Positions 18,987-27,838 of a stretch of DNA of 64,000 nucleotides are shown one piece after another. The translations under genes were made by a program, and so were the position numbers. Each line of letters starts with the position of its first letter. Position 1 is the first letter of the stretch. The stretch is taken from positions 32,001-96,000 of IMG/VR virus record IMGVR_UViG_3300042453_001086; one strand, given 5' to 3'. Source of the stretch: a virus. Below the pieces are notes generated by a model. It searched no databases, was not told where the DNA came from, and worked only from the letters and a program-made list of their open reading frames with translations.

Positions 18987-19015
18987 ATTGTAACACACCA
19001 AGCAACGTTTGTAAA
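18987..19015 (-). promoter_or_regulatory. Sigma70-type promoter for the gp55-gp47-gp46 operon
   Basis: TTTACA-N17-TACAAT. Confidence 0.7.
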
Positions 19016-19020
19016 GGGGC

Positions 19021-19049
19021 TTGACAAGACCTTATATTCTAGGTATAAT
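19021..19049 (+). promoter_or_regulatory. Perfect-consensus sigma70 promoter pointing antisense into the uvsW operon
   Basis: TTGACA-agaccttatattctagg(17 nt)-TATAAT on the plus strand. Confidence 0.75.
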
Positions 19050-19064
19050 AGCAATGTCGCGCTT

Positions 19065-19484
19065 TCAAGATTTATTATATATCTCTTCTAATAACTTCTT
19101 AGCTTCTTTAATAGATCCTAGATATCCTTCATGATCTTTAGGATCTTGTTTTTTTGTATTTGATTTTTGTTCCTTTGATCTTGATTTTCTATATTTACTT
19201 TTATCATTTAAATGATCTTCGTAAAATCCACAGATTTTATTATCTAGTTCAATCATAGTTATAATATGACTTCTAGGAATAATAAACATATCTTCGTGAG
19301 TGGCGTTGATCCAATCATCAAAGACGATTCCTTCCACAATCATATTAGGTTTTTTAATTTCTATTTTTTCAACTAGGCGAGGATTAAAGACAATAACAAC
19401 ATCATCATCTGGATCGTAACTAACTTTAGCTACGATTTCTTCTCCAGACGTAAGTTTCATTGATGCATAAAAATCTTCTTCCAT
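19065..19484 (-). CDS. Conserved hypothetical protein downstream of uvsW (Sm-like fold, tentative)
   Basis: MKLTSGEEIVAKV...NP...DDWI...HIITMIE pattern. Confidence 0.75.
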   Translation of the reverse strand: MEEDFYASMKLTSGEEIVAKVSYDPDDDVVIVFNPRLVEKIEIKKPNMIVEGIVFDDWINATHEDMFIIPRSHIITMIELDNKICGFYEDHLNDKSKYRKSRSKEQKSNTKKQDPKDHEGYLGSIKEAKKLLEEIYNKS

Positions 19485-19485
19485 G

Positions 19486-20964
19486 TTAGTTTAAATCCAG
19501 TTTAATGATTTCTACATTGAACTTTTCTTCTTCATAGATTTTCAAACGCTCATCCAGATGTTTAAGCGTATAGTTTTTTTGTGGTGTTCTGCAGAACTCA
19601 TCGGCAATGTCATAAAGAGTTGCATAAGTTTTATTATTACCCTTACGCAATACACGACCGATAGACTGTAAGTTCCTTACTCTTGATTTTGAAGGTGAAG
19701 CAAATACAACATTGTGTAGATTACGAATGTTGATGCCAGTGCTGAATGTTCCGTATGAAGCAACAATCACTGCGTTGTTTTCAGTTTCAGTGATGCGTCT
19801 AATCTCTTCGCGTTCTTCAGTGTCTACACCACCATAGACCAGAAAAACTTTACGACCTTCTTCGACAACACTATTTATCGCCTCGTAAAGTGGCATCCCG
19901 TGACGCTCAACATAGTTGAAAAGAACCAGAGAGTTTCCTTCAAGGTCACGCACAAGATTTTTAATCAGTCTGTTGCGTTTTGGATTATCAACAATAGCAT
20001 CAATCTCTCCCTGATAATCAAAGAACTCCATTCTCTCATGCTTCAGCAAAAGAACTTTGATTCTGAAATCAGATAGATGACCTTCCTTAATAAGTTTCTC
20101 TGTCTTGGTAACATGCTTACACTCACCAAACAATCCTTCCAGCACCCACTTGTGGGTAGCAGAACCATCTAGTGTTCCAGTGAAACCAAAACGATACTTA
20201 GCTTCATGCAACTTAGTCATGATGCCAGTAAGTGATTTGGATTTGAATAGGTGTGCCTCGTCACCAATGACACAGGAGAAGTCATCGAACCAACGCTTTG
20301 GAAACTTGTAGATAGATTGCCAAGTGGAAATGATGACCGCTTTCTCTACGTTCTTATCTTTACCACCATAGATTTTGTGGCAGTGTTCTTCTACATCCCA
20401 ACCATAGTCTTCGAAGTCTTTATACATCTGCTCCACCAGTGAAGTAGTGGGAACAATGATAAGAGTTTTCTTTCCTGTCTTTCTATATTCCGACGCATAA
20501 TAATAACGCACCAGAGAATAAATCATTAGAGATTTACCAGATGCAGTGGGGGAGAGTAGAAGCCTACGATTGTTTAGCAATGCTTCGTAGACAGCCTGAA
20601 CCTGATAATCTCTGGGTTGATGGTTTGGGCATACCGCTGCCATGAATCCTTTGACTCCTTCGAGAGTGATCATCGGATTCTTTTCTTCTACATCTCCGTA
20701 GAACTTATTGGGCTCATAAGAAATAGAATAGTTTTTAATACCACACCATTCCTTCAGGTGTGAGATTAGACCACAATAGAGCTCACCTGTTCCTGGTGAA
20801 TAAAGTCTAATCTTGCCATCCCACACACCACTTCTATACTGTGGCATAAACTTGGCGTTGGGAATGTCGAACGTAAAGTAATCTGCTAACTCGTAATGAA
20901 CGTGAGGTTCTGCTTTGATGGTCAGATAAATGTTGTTCTTTTTTGCAACTGCCAGATTTGTCAT
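19486..20964 (-). CDS. uvsW: SF2 helicase UvsW
   Basis: PRDYQ, SPTASGKS, IGDEAH, GFTGT, QSIGRVLR. Confidence 0.95.
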   Translation of the reverse strand: MTNLAVAKKNNIYLTIKAEPHVHYELADYFTFDIPNAKFMPQYRSGVWDGKIRLYSPGTGELYCGLISHLKEWCGIKNYSISYEPNKFYGDVEEKNPMITLEGVKGFMAAVCPNHQPRDYQVQAVYEALLNNRRLLLSPTASGKSLMIYSLVRYYYASEYRKTGKKTLIIVPTTSLVEQMYKDFEDYGWDVEEHCHKIYGGKDKNVEKAVIISTWQSIYKFPKRWFDDFSCVIGDEAHLFKSKSLTGIMTKLHEAKYRFGFTGTLDGSATHKWVLEGLFGECKHVTKTEKLIKEGHLSDFRIKVLLLKHERMEFFDYQGEIDAIVDNPKRNRLIKNLVRDLEGNSLVLFNYVERHGMPLYEAINSVVEEGRKVFLVYGGVDTEEREEIRRITETENNAVIVASYGTFSTGINIRNLHNVVFASPSKSRVRNLQSIGRVLRKGNNKTYATLYDIADEFCRTPQKNYTLKHLDERLKIYEEEKFNVEIIKLDLN

Positions 20965-21440
20965 TAGGTGCTACCGTTAATAAACTTCTCCCACTCGATA
21001 GCGTTTTTAATTTGGAAACTTCTGTTGGAAATCATTTTAAGAACATTATCCAAAAAGAAAAGTGCCTTATTAATAAACTCTATTTTCATCTCAATGTTAA
21101 TCAAATCCTCATCCGCTTCTAGATATACTTTCATCTTCTCGGATGTTTTTATGGATTGCCCAAAAGGTTTTTCTTTGTAAACTTCGGGGTCTGCTTCCCC
21201 TTGATAATATTCTCTTTTTTCTTTTAACTTCATACGATACTGGAACTCCAGTGCTGTCTTCTCTGTAGAGAAATCGTTGTAAAAGTTTAAATATTTATTG
21301 TGCTGGTAAGGAATGTCTAGCGAGATTTGTGCTAGGTCTGCTGAGTATTGTTTGTTTTTAAACTGAAAGTCGATATGTGAATCTTCTTGCCATTCTGATT
21401 TAACATGATTAAAAAGGGTTCTCAAATCATCAAACTTCAT
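20964..21440 (-). CDS. uvsY: Recombination mediator UvsY
   Basis: IPYQHNKYL...EYYQGEA..EVYKEKPF...YLEADEDL...IKNAIEWEKF; adjacent to uvsW. Confidence 0.88.
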   Translation of the reverse strand: MKFDDLRTLFNHVKSEWQEDSHIDFQFKNKQYSADLAQISLDIPYQHNKYLNFYNDFSTEKTALEFQYRMKLKEKREYYQGEADPEVYKEKPFGQSIKTSEKMKVYLEADEDLINIEMKIEFINKALFFLDNVLKMISNRSFQIKNAIEWEKFINGST

Positions 21441-21443
21441 AAA

Positions 21444-21956
21444 TCACAACTCCTTGTTATTTTTATCTGTAAAATAATATCTAAAAAACTTAAAAGTTAC
21501 ACTAGCAGTAATGTATTCCACATCTTGATCTCCAACATCAAACTCGACTCCAGATAAATCTACTGGGAATAATCTTTCGAAAAATACTATTCGGTTAGTT
21601 TTAAAGTTGCTATTGAGTATGTGAAGTTCTGCATTACAAAACTCTATGCCGCTATCATCATAAGTTTCTGCTAGGTTATTTTTTTGAATCCAATGAAAAA
21701 TAGAAAGATAGTTTTTTAAATCTTCATCAATAATAAACTGTAATCTAAAATCTCCATAAGTTACACCACCCGCAGAAGGTATTGGTAAACTTCTAAATGG
21801 AGTTGGAATTTCTGTAGTTGGAACGGAAATATCAGGTACTCCAGCTCTCTGGCAGAAAAAATCTACACCTGGAAAAAGTTCCAACTCTAGTTTAAATCCT
21901 GCAGGAGCAAGGAAGTTTCTGTTTGATGGTTGTTCTTCAAACCATTTTGCTGGCAT
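21444..21956 (-). CDS. gp3: Tail tube terminator / tail completion protein (T4 gp3-like)
   Basis: NRNFLAPAGF, DFFCQRAGVP, FIIDEDLKNY, FERLFPVDLS; position after gp23. Confidence 0.85.
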   Translation of the reverse strand: MPAKWFEEQPSNRNFLAPAGFKLELELFPGVDFFCQRAGVPDISVPTTEIPTPFRSLPIPSAGGVTYGDFRLQFIIDEDLKNYLSIFHWIQKNNLAETYDDSGIEFCNAELHILNSNFKTNRIVFFERLFPVDLSGVEFDVGDQDVEYITASVTFKFFRYYFTDKNNKEL

Positions 21957-21975
21957 GATCTTATCCTTTTTTTAC

Positions 21976-21982
21976 TATTTAT
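21976..21982 (-). promoter_or_regulatory. T4-type late promoter core (ATAAATA) before gp3
   Basis: ATAAATA just after the gp23 terminator. The same core precedes gp23 (23492-98), gp22 (24677-83), 25550-56, 27194-200, gp18 (29530-36), 34198-204, 45609-15 and 62785-91. Confidence 0.7.
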
Positions 21983-21988
21983 TTCCAT

Positions 21989-22015
21989 AAAAAAAGACCC
22001 CCCTTGCGGGAGGTC
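21989..22015 (-). terminator. Intrinsic terminator after gp23
   Basis: gacctccc-gcaa-gggggtc followed by a T tract. Confidence 0.85.
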
Positions 22016-22033
22016 CGAGAAGAACCTGATAAA

Positions 22034-23455
22034 TCAGGTGAGGTTGGTAACCTTAACTCTTCTGTAATACTGGTTAGTATTAGGAGTAAGGATGCCGCCA
22101 TCTGGAGTACCACCAGCGATACCATTAACGTTTGTGGTTGAAACGAATGGGTTGCTGACCATGCCGTAACGAGTCTTGAAGCCAATCTTAGGCTGGAAGG
22201 TGTCAGGGTTGATCGAACGAACCATCTGGAGAGGAACGTATGGGCAATAGAAGAGACCTGCATCATAAGGTGAGGTGCCCTTATAACCCATAACATAGTA
22301 GTGCTTAGCAGCCTGACCCTGTGAGTAGACAGGAGCACCGAATGGATCGATGTAAACACGGATACCACCCTGGAGAACACCAGCAAATACGTTACCAGTG
22401 TCATCAACGTTGAGTGAAGTGTTGAGAGCAGGGGCGTAATCAAGCATACCAGCCATGCTCATAGCGGAAGCAACGTCTGCAGAGCAGATCATGAAGTTGC
22501 CCTTACCTCTACGGGTTAGTTGACCGATAGCGTTTGCATCACGTTGAATCTGGAATAGAAGACCCTTGAACTTCTCTGCCATCCAACGACCGTTTGAATC
22601 GATATCAAGGTCGAAAGTACCCTGAGTAGCAACGTCTTGCTGAGCACCAGGAAGCGCAACAGTGTAAACGGTACGGATGATTTCACGGTTGATCTCAGCA
22701 AGAATCTCGCTTGAGAGTAGGTTGGCGAGCTCTTGCTCAGCATCAAGACCATGGATTGCCTTGAGGTCTTGTGCTAGTTCTAGGGTGTACTCAGCCTTGA
22801 GAGCGCGTGTCTTAGCAGTCACCGAGGTCTTCTCGATGCTGAACGCCATCTCGCGGAATAGAGTATTTGCTTCGCCTAGAACTTCAGAAGTCTCACGGCT
22901 CATGCCACGAGCAACTTCATATGCAGAAGGTACAGCGTCGTTAAGAACTGCAGGGTTGTTGCCCTCAGCATCTCCACCAGTTCCGTCAGCACCACGAACG
23001 TTATAAGCGCCCTTGGTTGCATCGTAACCAGCTGAGAATGCCTCGTCTGGTTCGTAGTAGAGAGCCTCAGCGCCGCCTTGGTTCTCGTAACGAGCACGCA
23101 TTGCGAAGATAAGACCAGTAGGACCGCTCATTGGTTGAACACCAGCGATGTCATAAGCGACAAGGTTAGGCATTGAACGGCGGATTAGGCTGATTAGGAT
23201 AGGATCGAAACCAGCAAGACCAGCAGTGTTGCTGGATGATAGAGCTGAACCAGCAGGTGAAATGGTTGCGGAACCTAATGAGTTTACCTGTGAGGTAACT
23301 TCATGAAGCATTCCATACTCTTCACGAACTGCACGCTCTTGATTTTCTAGCAGGGTAGCAACAACCTGTTTACGATATGCATCCTTGATTTCAGGAAGAC
23401 CACCGTGATTTAGAACAGGTGCCCACTTTTCCTGCAAAATTCTTGTATCAGACAT
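22034..23455 (-). CDS. gp23: Major capsid protein (T4 gp23)
   Basis: LIRRSMPNLVAYDIAGVQPMSGPTGLIFAMR, TRALKAEYTLELAQDLKAIHG, YCPYVPL, GFKTRYG. Confidence 0.98.
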   Translation of the reverse strand: MSDTRILQEKWAPVLNHGGLPEIKDAYRKQVVATLLENQERAVREEYGMLHEVTSQVNSLGSATISPAGSALSSSNTAGLAGFDPILISLIRRSMPNLVAYDIAGVQPMSGPTGLIFAMRARYENQGGAEALYYEPDEAFSAGYDATKGAYNVRGADGTGGDAEGNNPAVLNDAVPSAYEVARGMSRETSEVLGEANTLFREMAFSIEKTSVTAKTRALKAEYTLELAQDLKAIHGLDAEQELANLLSSEILAEINREIIRTVYTVALPGAQQDVATQGTFDLDIDSNGRWMAEKFKGLLFQIQRDANAIGQLTRRGKGNFMICSADVASAMSMAGMLDYAPALNTSLNVDDTGNVFAGVLQGGIRVYIDPFGAPVYSQGQAAKHYYVMGYKGTSPYDAGLFYCPYVPLQMVRSINPDTFQPKIGFKTRYGMVSNPFVSTTNVNGIAGGTPDGGILTPNTNQYYRRVKVTNLT

Positions 23456-23503
23456 TTTGCTTTTACTCCGTTGAGTTATTGGGGTTAAAATTATTTATTA
23501 TAA

Positions 23504-24634
23504 TCAGTTGCTCCAGCGAGAAAGAGCCTGGAGATATGCAGCCATTACTGGTGATACTTCTTCGGTTCCTTGCTCACCTGAGACTTCAGGTAGTACTTGC
23601 TCATTCACTACATGCTTAGGGAAGTAGCTGCCAATGAGAGTTGCGACTTTGTTCTTGAAATCTTCTTCAGAAACAAACTCCACCCCTTCAGCAAGAGAAG
23701 CAAGTTTTTCTCTTTGAGTATCAACAAGACCCTCGCTCATTTGAGAAAGGATAACTTGCTTTTGATAACCAGCGAGTTTATTATTAAGATCAATATTACG
23801 CTCAATCTGTTCGTTTAAGCGACCTTCCATTTCACAAAGCTCCTCAGTCATTGTTTCTACAACATCGACTTTCTCTTCTGGGAGATTGAGGTAGTTTTCT
23901 TCAAAAACTTTTTTGAGACCACCCATGAACTCTTCAGCGATCTCAAGCTTGAGACCTGCATCGAGTGCAACTTGGTTCTCTTCTACCCAAGTGGTGATTG
24001 CATAGTTGAGTGTTTCATCAACTTTCTCTGAAAGGGCAGCAATCTCCTCTTGGAGTTTGGCGGAGAACTGCTCCTCTAGAGTTGAAGCAATAGCAGTTAC
24101 TTGCTCTTCGATGCGTGTCTTGACAGCAGCTTCAAAGATTGTGGTTGCTTTTGCTTTGAACTCTTCTGAGAACTCTTCGCCTTCAGTAAGGGCAGCAACA
24201 TCTTCCGCAGCGGAATAGTTGATTGCTTCCATACCAAATACTTTTGTATTGTTGGGACCATTCTCAACGCCATAACCAGATGACTTAACCGAGAAGCCCG
24301 AATCTTGGTGCTTACCGCGTGTTTGTGCATCAGCAACTTTTTTGTTGTGCTTAGCAGCTTTTGCTCCAGGATTCTCTTCACCTTCTGGATCTTCAAAATC
24401 AGAACCACCGTTATCTTCTTCTGATTGCCCAGGAGCAAGAGAAGTTGGTAGTTCGAATCCTGAATCTTTATGACCACCGCGAGTCTGAGCGTCACTTACT
24501 TGACCAGTAACGGGTTGCATGTATTGACCGATACCAGATGATTGACCAGGAACAATAGCTGGGGAGAGAGCACTCGTCATTACATCTGACTCAGTTACAA
24601 GCTCCTCAAACTTTTCGTTTAAGTTATCTGACAT
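23504..24634 (-). CDS. gp22: Prohead core scaffold protein (T4 gp22)
   Basis: Acidic coiled-coil; EEFKAKATTIFEAAV, EKLASLAEGVEF; lies between gp21 and gp23. Confidence 0.9.
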   Translation of the reverse strand: MSDNLNEKFEELVTESDVMTSALSPAIVPGQSSGIGQYMQPVTGQVSDAQTRGGHKDSGFELPTSLAPGQSEEDNGGSDFEDPEGEENPGAKAAKHNKKVADAQTRGKHQDSGFSVKSSGYGVENGPNNTKVFGMEAINYSAAEDVAALTEGEEFSEEFKAKATTIFEAAVKTRIEEQVTAIASTLEEQFSAKLQEEIAALSEKVDETLNYAITTWVEENQVALDAGLKLEIAEEFMGGLKKVFEENYLNLPEEKVDVVETMTEELCEMEGRLNEQIERNIDLNNKLAGYQKQVILSQMSEGLVDTQREKLASLAEGVEFVSEEDFKNKVATLIGSYFPKHVVNEQVLPEVSGEQGTEEVSPVMAAYLQALSRWSN

Positions 24635-24687
24635 TTGAGATTCCTCGTAATACTTACTATATGTTTATTCTATGATTATTTATGATA

Positions 24688-25332
24688 TTATAAATTTTGT
24701 AAGAAATCGTTGAAAGCTTTCAGCGATCTCTCCTCCAGATTTTTTCTGGTGGATTCAGAAATATATCTGTGATATTTAGCAATATTAACTTCCTTAATAA
24801 TGCCGTTTTCCCAAACCCACTCTTTACCTTCCATGATACCATTCACAAATGCGTCAGGTGCGGAGGGGTCTGCTACAATATCAGCAGCAGTTGCGAGCAT
24901 GAAATCATCACGGACATAGTTGGCACCGTTCTTCTCTTCGATAGAACCCATGCCCCTCGAAGAAACGCCAAGTTTAACTCCTGAACTTAGGAGAGATTTG
25001 GCGATGTTTCCCATTGGTGTATCTAAGATTTGTGCTTTTCCAATGAAGTTTGAACCCTCTGCTTTGAGAGAAACAATCTTATGAGATACGCGATCTAGAT
25101 TTACAGTGGGACCATCAGGATGACCTAGTTCACCGAGAGCACGACCAGCAGAAACATACTGTTCATTGTATCTACCAACTTCACGCTCAAGAACACCGAA
25201 TGGATAAACACGACCATTTCGGTTTTTCAAATCTGCCTGAAGGAATACACCTTCAATGTATAGTAGTTTTTTTCCGTTTGCTTCTTCTTCGAGGATTTGA
25301 ATATCTTCGATTGCTTCGGTGATTAGTTTCAT
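24688..25332 (-). CDS. gp21: Prohead protease (T4 gp21)
   Basis: NRNGRVYP, GELGHP, GVSSRGMGS, DIVADPSAPDAFV. Confidence 0.96.
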   Translation of the reverse strand: MKLITEAIEDIQILEEEANGKKLLYIEGVFLQADLKNRNGRVYPFGVLEREVGRYNEQYVSAGRALGELGHPDGPTVNLDRVSHKIVSLKAEGSNFIGKAQILDTPMGNIAKSLLSSGVKLGVSSRGMGSIEEKNGANYVRDDFMLATAADIVADPSAPDAFVNGIMEGKEWVWENGIIKEVNIAKYHRYISESTRKNLEERSLKAFNDFLQNL

Positions 25333-25529
25333 TGGTCTGTTTCCTCTGATGGTGTTTCTTCTACCTCCTCTTCAGGAGATTCTGGTTGATCGAAAAAAGA
25401 ATGAGCAACAACTTGTTTGTAATCTTTCATTGCTTCTGCTGCTTTTCCGTAGAGGATGTCAGCAATTTTATCGAGTGCTTGAACTCTATTACCGTCACGG
25501 ACGGCGTTTACGACTTCAATAGTATCCAT
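25329..25529 (-). CDS. Small prohead core protein (gp67/gp68-like by position)
   Basis: 66-aa ORF with acidic tail between portal and protease. Confidence 0.65.
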   Translation of the reverse strand: MDTIEVVNAVRDGNRVQALDKIADILYGKAAEAMKDYKQVVAHSFFDQPESPEEEVEETPSEETDQ

Positions 25530-25552
25530 TTGATTTACCTATAATAAATTAT

Positions 25553-27169
25553 TTATTTTTCTGATGTTTTAGGTTTAGGTGCAGCTGCTGGAGCGGGAGG
25601 TGGAGGAGGCAATGCCCCCACTTCCAAAGTTGCTGCATTCATTAGGTTTGTGTGGATTGGATCTGGAATCTTGCCTTCCGCAATCTCATTCTCCATTTGC
25701 TTGGTAATCTCGTCATACTCAGCATCAGTTTGCATTAATACTTGACGACGAACGTGTTCAATCGAATAATACTTTCCTAAGAAAGGATCTAAAGCAGTTG
25801 CAACTTGTAGGCGATTGCCCATTAGTTCTGCTTGCTTGAGTTCTTCAAAATGATTATCAAACTGATAGTCATACTGAATGTGCTCTTGCATTTGCTCCCA
25901 ATCTTCTGGAGCAATGATTCCTTTTAAAATAAGTTGTGTTCTTAAAGTGTCGTGAAATATAGTGCTAAATCTTTTACGAAGTCTTCCGATCCACTTAGAA
26001 AACTTAAGTTCATCTCTTAGAATCTCAGATGAACGACCAAGTGAGAATCCTTGGTTGGCATCATCTAAACGTGATGGTGGAAGGTTGAGTGAGTTGTATA
26101 GTTTCTTTTTAAAATACTCAACGTCTTTCAGTTCGCCCAGATTTTGACCACCAGGCAGAGTTGTGATTTCAGTTCCTCTGCCACCTTCACGACGAGGGAG
26201 CCAAAAGTCTTCAAGCATACTCATATGCTTTTTGTCGTCGCGGATTTCTCCAGTGGCAGCATCGTACACAAGTTTGTTGCGGTAACGTGCCATTACCTCT
26301 CTAAGGTATTGCTCCGCTTTTACTTTAGGGAGATTGCCTACGTCGATGTAAAAGATACGGCGTTCTGGTGCGCGTGAAAGTCTGTAGATAACCAGCGCAT
26401 CTTCAATCATGCGAAGCTGGTTGAGTGCTTTGATTGCTTTATGTAAGAAACTCAACGTCATTTTTTTGTTGAGATCTTGGATGCCCGAAGGAACATATGT
26501 AATAGCATCAGCAGCAATCTTCATGCCATTTGCCATGGCATTACCATCAAAGTTTGCGCTTGTAATATATCCTTTTGGATTATAAAGGAAGTACTCAATA
26601 AACTCACCAAAGTTATATTGGAGTGCTGTGCCGCGAGTCTCCTGACTCATTACTTCTTTCTGGTCTTTATTTTGAACTTTGACCTTTTTGATTTTCATCG
26701 GGTCAATATATCTCAGTTCAAGAATACCAGATTTGGGATTGTTCAAATCTATTACTTTGTGGTAATATAGTCTTCCATCAATATACCAGTTTCTGAAAAT
26801 CTCGTGTGAACGAGAATCAAAATTTAATAAACGTTTGATGTAGTTAAACTCTTCTCTGATTTTATTTTTAATACTTTCACTAACTTGCAAGTTAGATAGT
26901 TCTATTTGAACTGGACTATCATCCAAATCAGATGCTATAGTTTCATTAACGATTTCGTCAATAGCAGAATCGACTTCTGGATGTAGTGCCATGTCTCTGT
27001 ATCTGCGAATGAGTTCAAACTCATTGCGAGCGACACCTTCGATGTCTACATACGAACCAAAGTAACCGCCTGCTACAGCGGTTACTCCATCGTCTGCATT
27101 TGGTGGGATGGGGGATTGACCTTTTAATCCCCCCTCCTGCTTAATAGAAAATCCAAATAGTTGACTCAT
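25553..27169 (-). CDS. gp20: Portal protein (T4 gp20)
   Basis: WYIDGR, IYRLSRAPERRIFYIDVGNLPK, EDFWLPRREGGRGTEITTLPGG. Confidence 0.97.
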   Translation of the reverse strand: MSQLFGFSIKQEGGLKGQSPIPPNADDGVTAVAGGYFGSYVDIEGVARNEFELIRRYRDMALHPEVDSAIDEIVNETIASDLDDSPVQIELSNLQVSESIKNKIREEFNYIKRLLNFDSRSHEIFRNWYIDGRLYYHKVIDLNNPKSGILELRYIDPMKIKKVKVQNKDQKEVMSQETRGTALQYNFGEFIEYFLYNPKGYITSANFDGNAMANGMKIAADAITYVPSGIQDLNKKMTLSFLHKAIKALNQLRMIEDALVIYRLSRAPERRIFYIDVGNLPKVKAEQYLREVMARYRNKLVYDAATGEIRDDKKHMSMLEDFWLPRREGGRGTEITTLPGGQNLGELKDVEYFKKKLYNSLNLPPSRLDDANQGFSLGRSSEILRDELKFSKWIGRLRKRFSTIFHDTLRTQLILKGIIAPEDWEQMQEHIQYDYQFDNHFEELKQAELMGNRLQVATALDPFLGKYYSIEHVRRQVLMQTDAEYDEITKQMENEIAEGKIPDPIHTNLMNAATLEVGALPPPPPAPAAAPKPKTSEK

Positions 27170-27199
27170 TGTTAAATGGTTTCATGATATAACTATTTA

Positions 27200-27805
27200 T
27201 TAGCTCTCAGAACCAGCGCCTGCAATAACATTTTCTGCAGCATCATCATCACCACGAGTCCAGTATTGAATCTGAAACTCTACGGTGAAATCTTCAATCT
27301 GGTCATTGCTATCATAAGCAAGATCAATCTGAGAAATGTTGGTTGGGAAACATCCAACTAGTTTATAAACTGTTTTGGTTGCACCTCCAGCACTGTCATT
27401 TCTTTCTAGTTGCTTAACTAAAATATCTCTGAGATATCCATCGGTTGAGTTTGGTAGGACTAAACCAGCACTATTTTGTTCGTGTCTGTTGATAGCTTCC
27501 ATCCACTTTTCCATAGCTCCGCGAATAGCGAAGTTTCTGTCGTTGATGAAAGTAGCAGTCCAGGTATCGAAGGTTCTATCCCCAGCAATCTTTACTGTTC
27601 TTCCTCTGAAAGGAACTTCAATAACACCTAAGTTGGAAGCTGGTAGAGCAGCAGCTTTACATAGAAGACCACTTAGATCATCCACTGCCTGTGCATTTTC
27701 AATATCAACTCCACTTGGAAAAGCAAAATCAACTAGATAAAGGTTTGGACGTACACCGTTCTGTACGTTTTGTAAGAAAGCATTAATGCTACTTGTGATT
27801 GCCAT
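27200..27805 (-). CDS. gp19: Tail tube protein (T4 gp19)
   Basis: RPNLY, CKAAALPAS, FRGRTVKIAGDRTFDTW, FPTNISQIDL. Confidence 0.94.
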   Translation of the reverse strand: MAITSSINAFLQNVQNGVRPNLYLVDFAFPSGVDIENAQAVDDLSGLLCKAAALPASNLGVIEVPFRGRTVKIAGDRTFDTWTATFINDRNFAIRGAMEKWMEAINRHEQNSAGLVLPNSTDGYLRDILVKQLERNDSAGGATKTVYKLVGCFPTNISQIDLAYDSNDQIEDFTVEFQIQYWTRGDDDAAENVIAGAGSES

Positions 27806-27838
27806 TTTTTGTTACCTCTTTAAGTGAATAAATTTTTA

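Noticed and set aside
21956-22034. Missing gp24 vertex gene after gp23
   Set aside because: Its absence at this position is usual for cyanomyoviruses.
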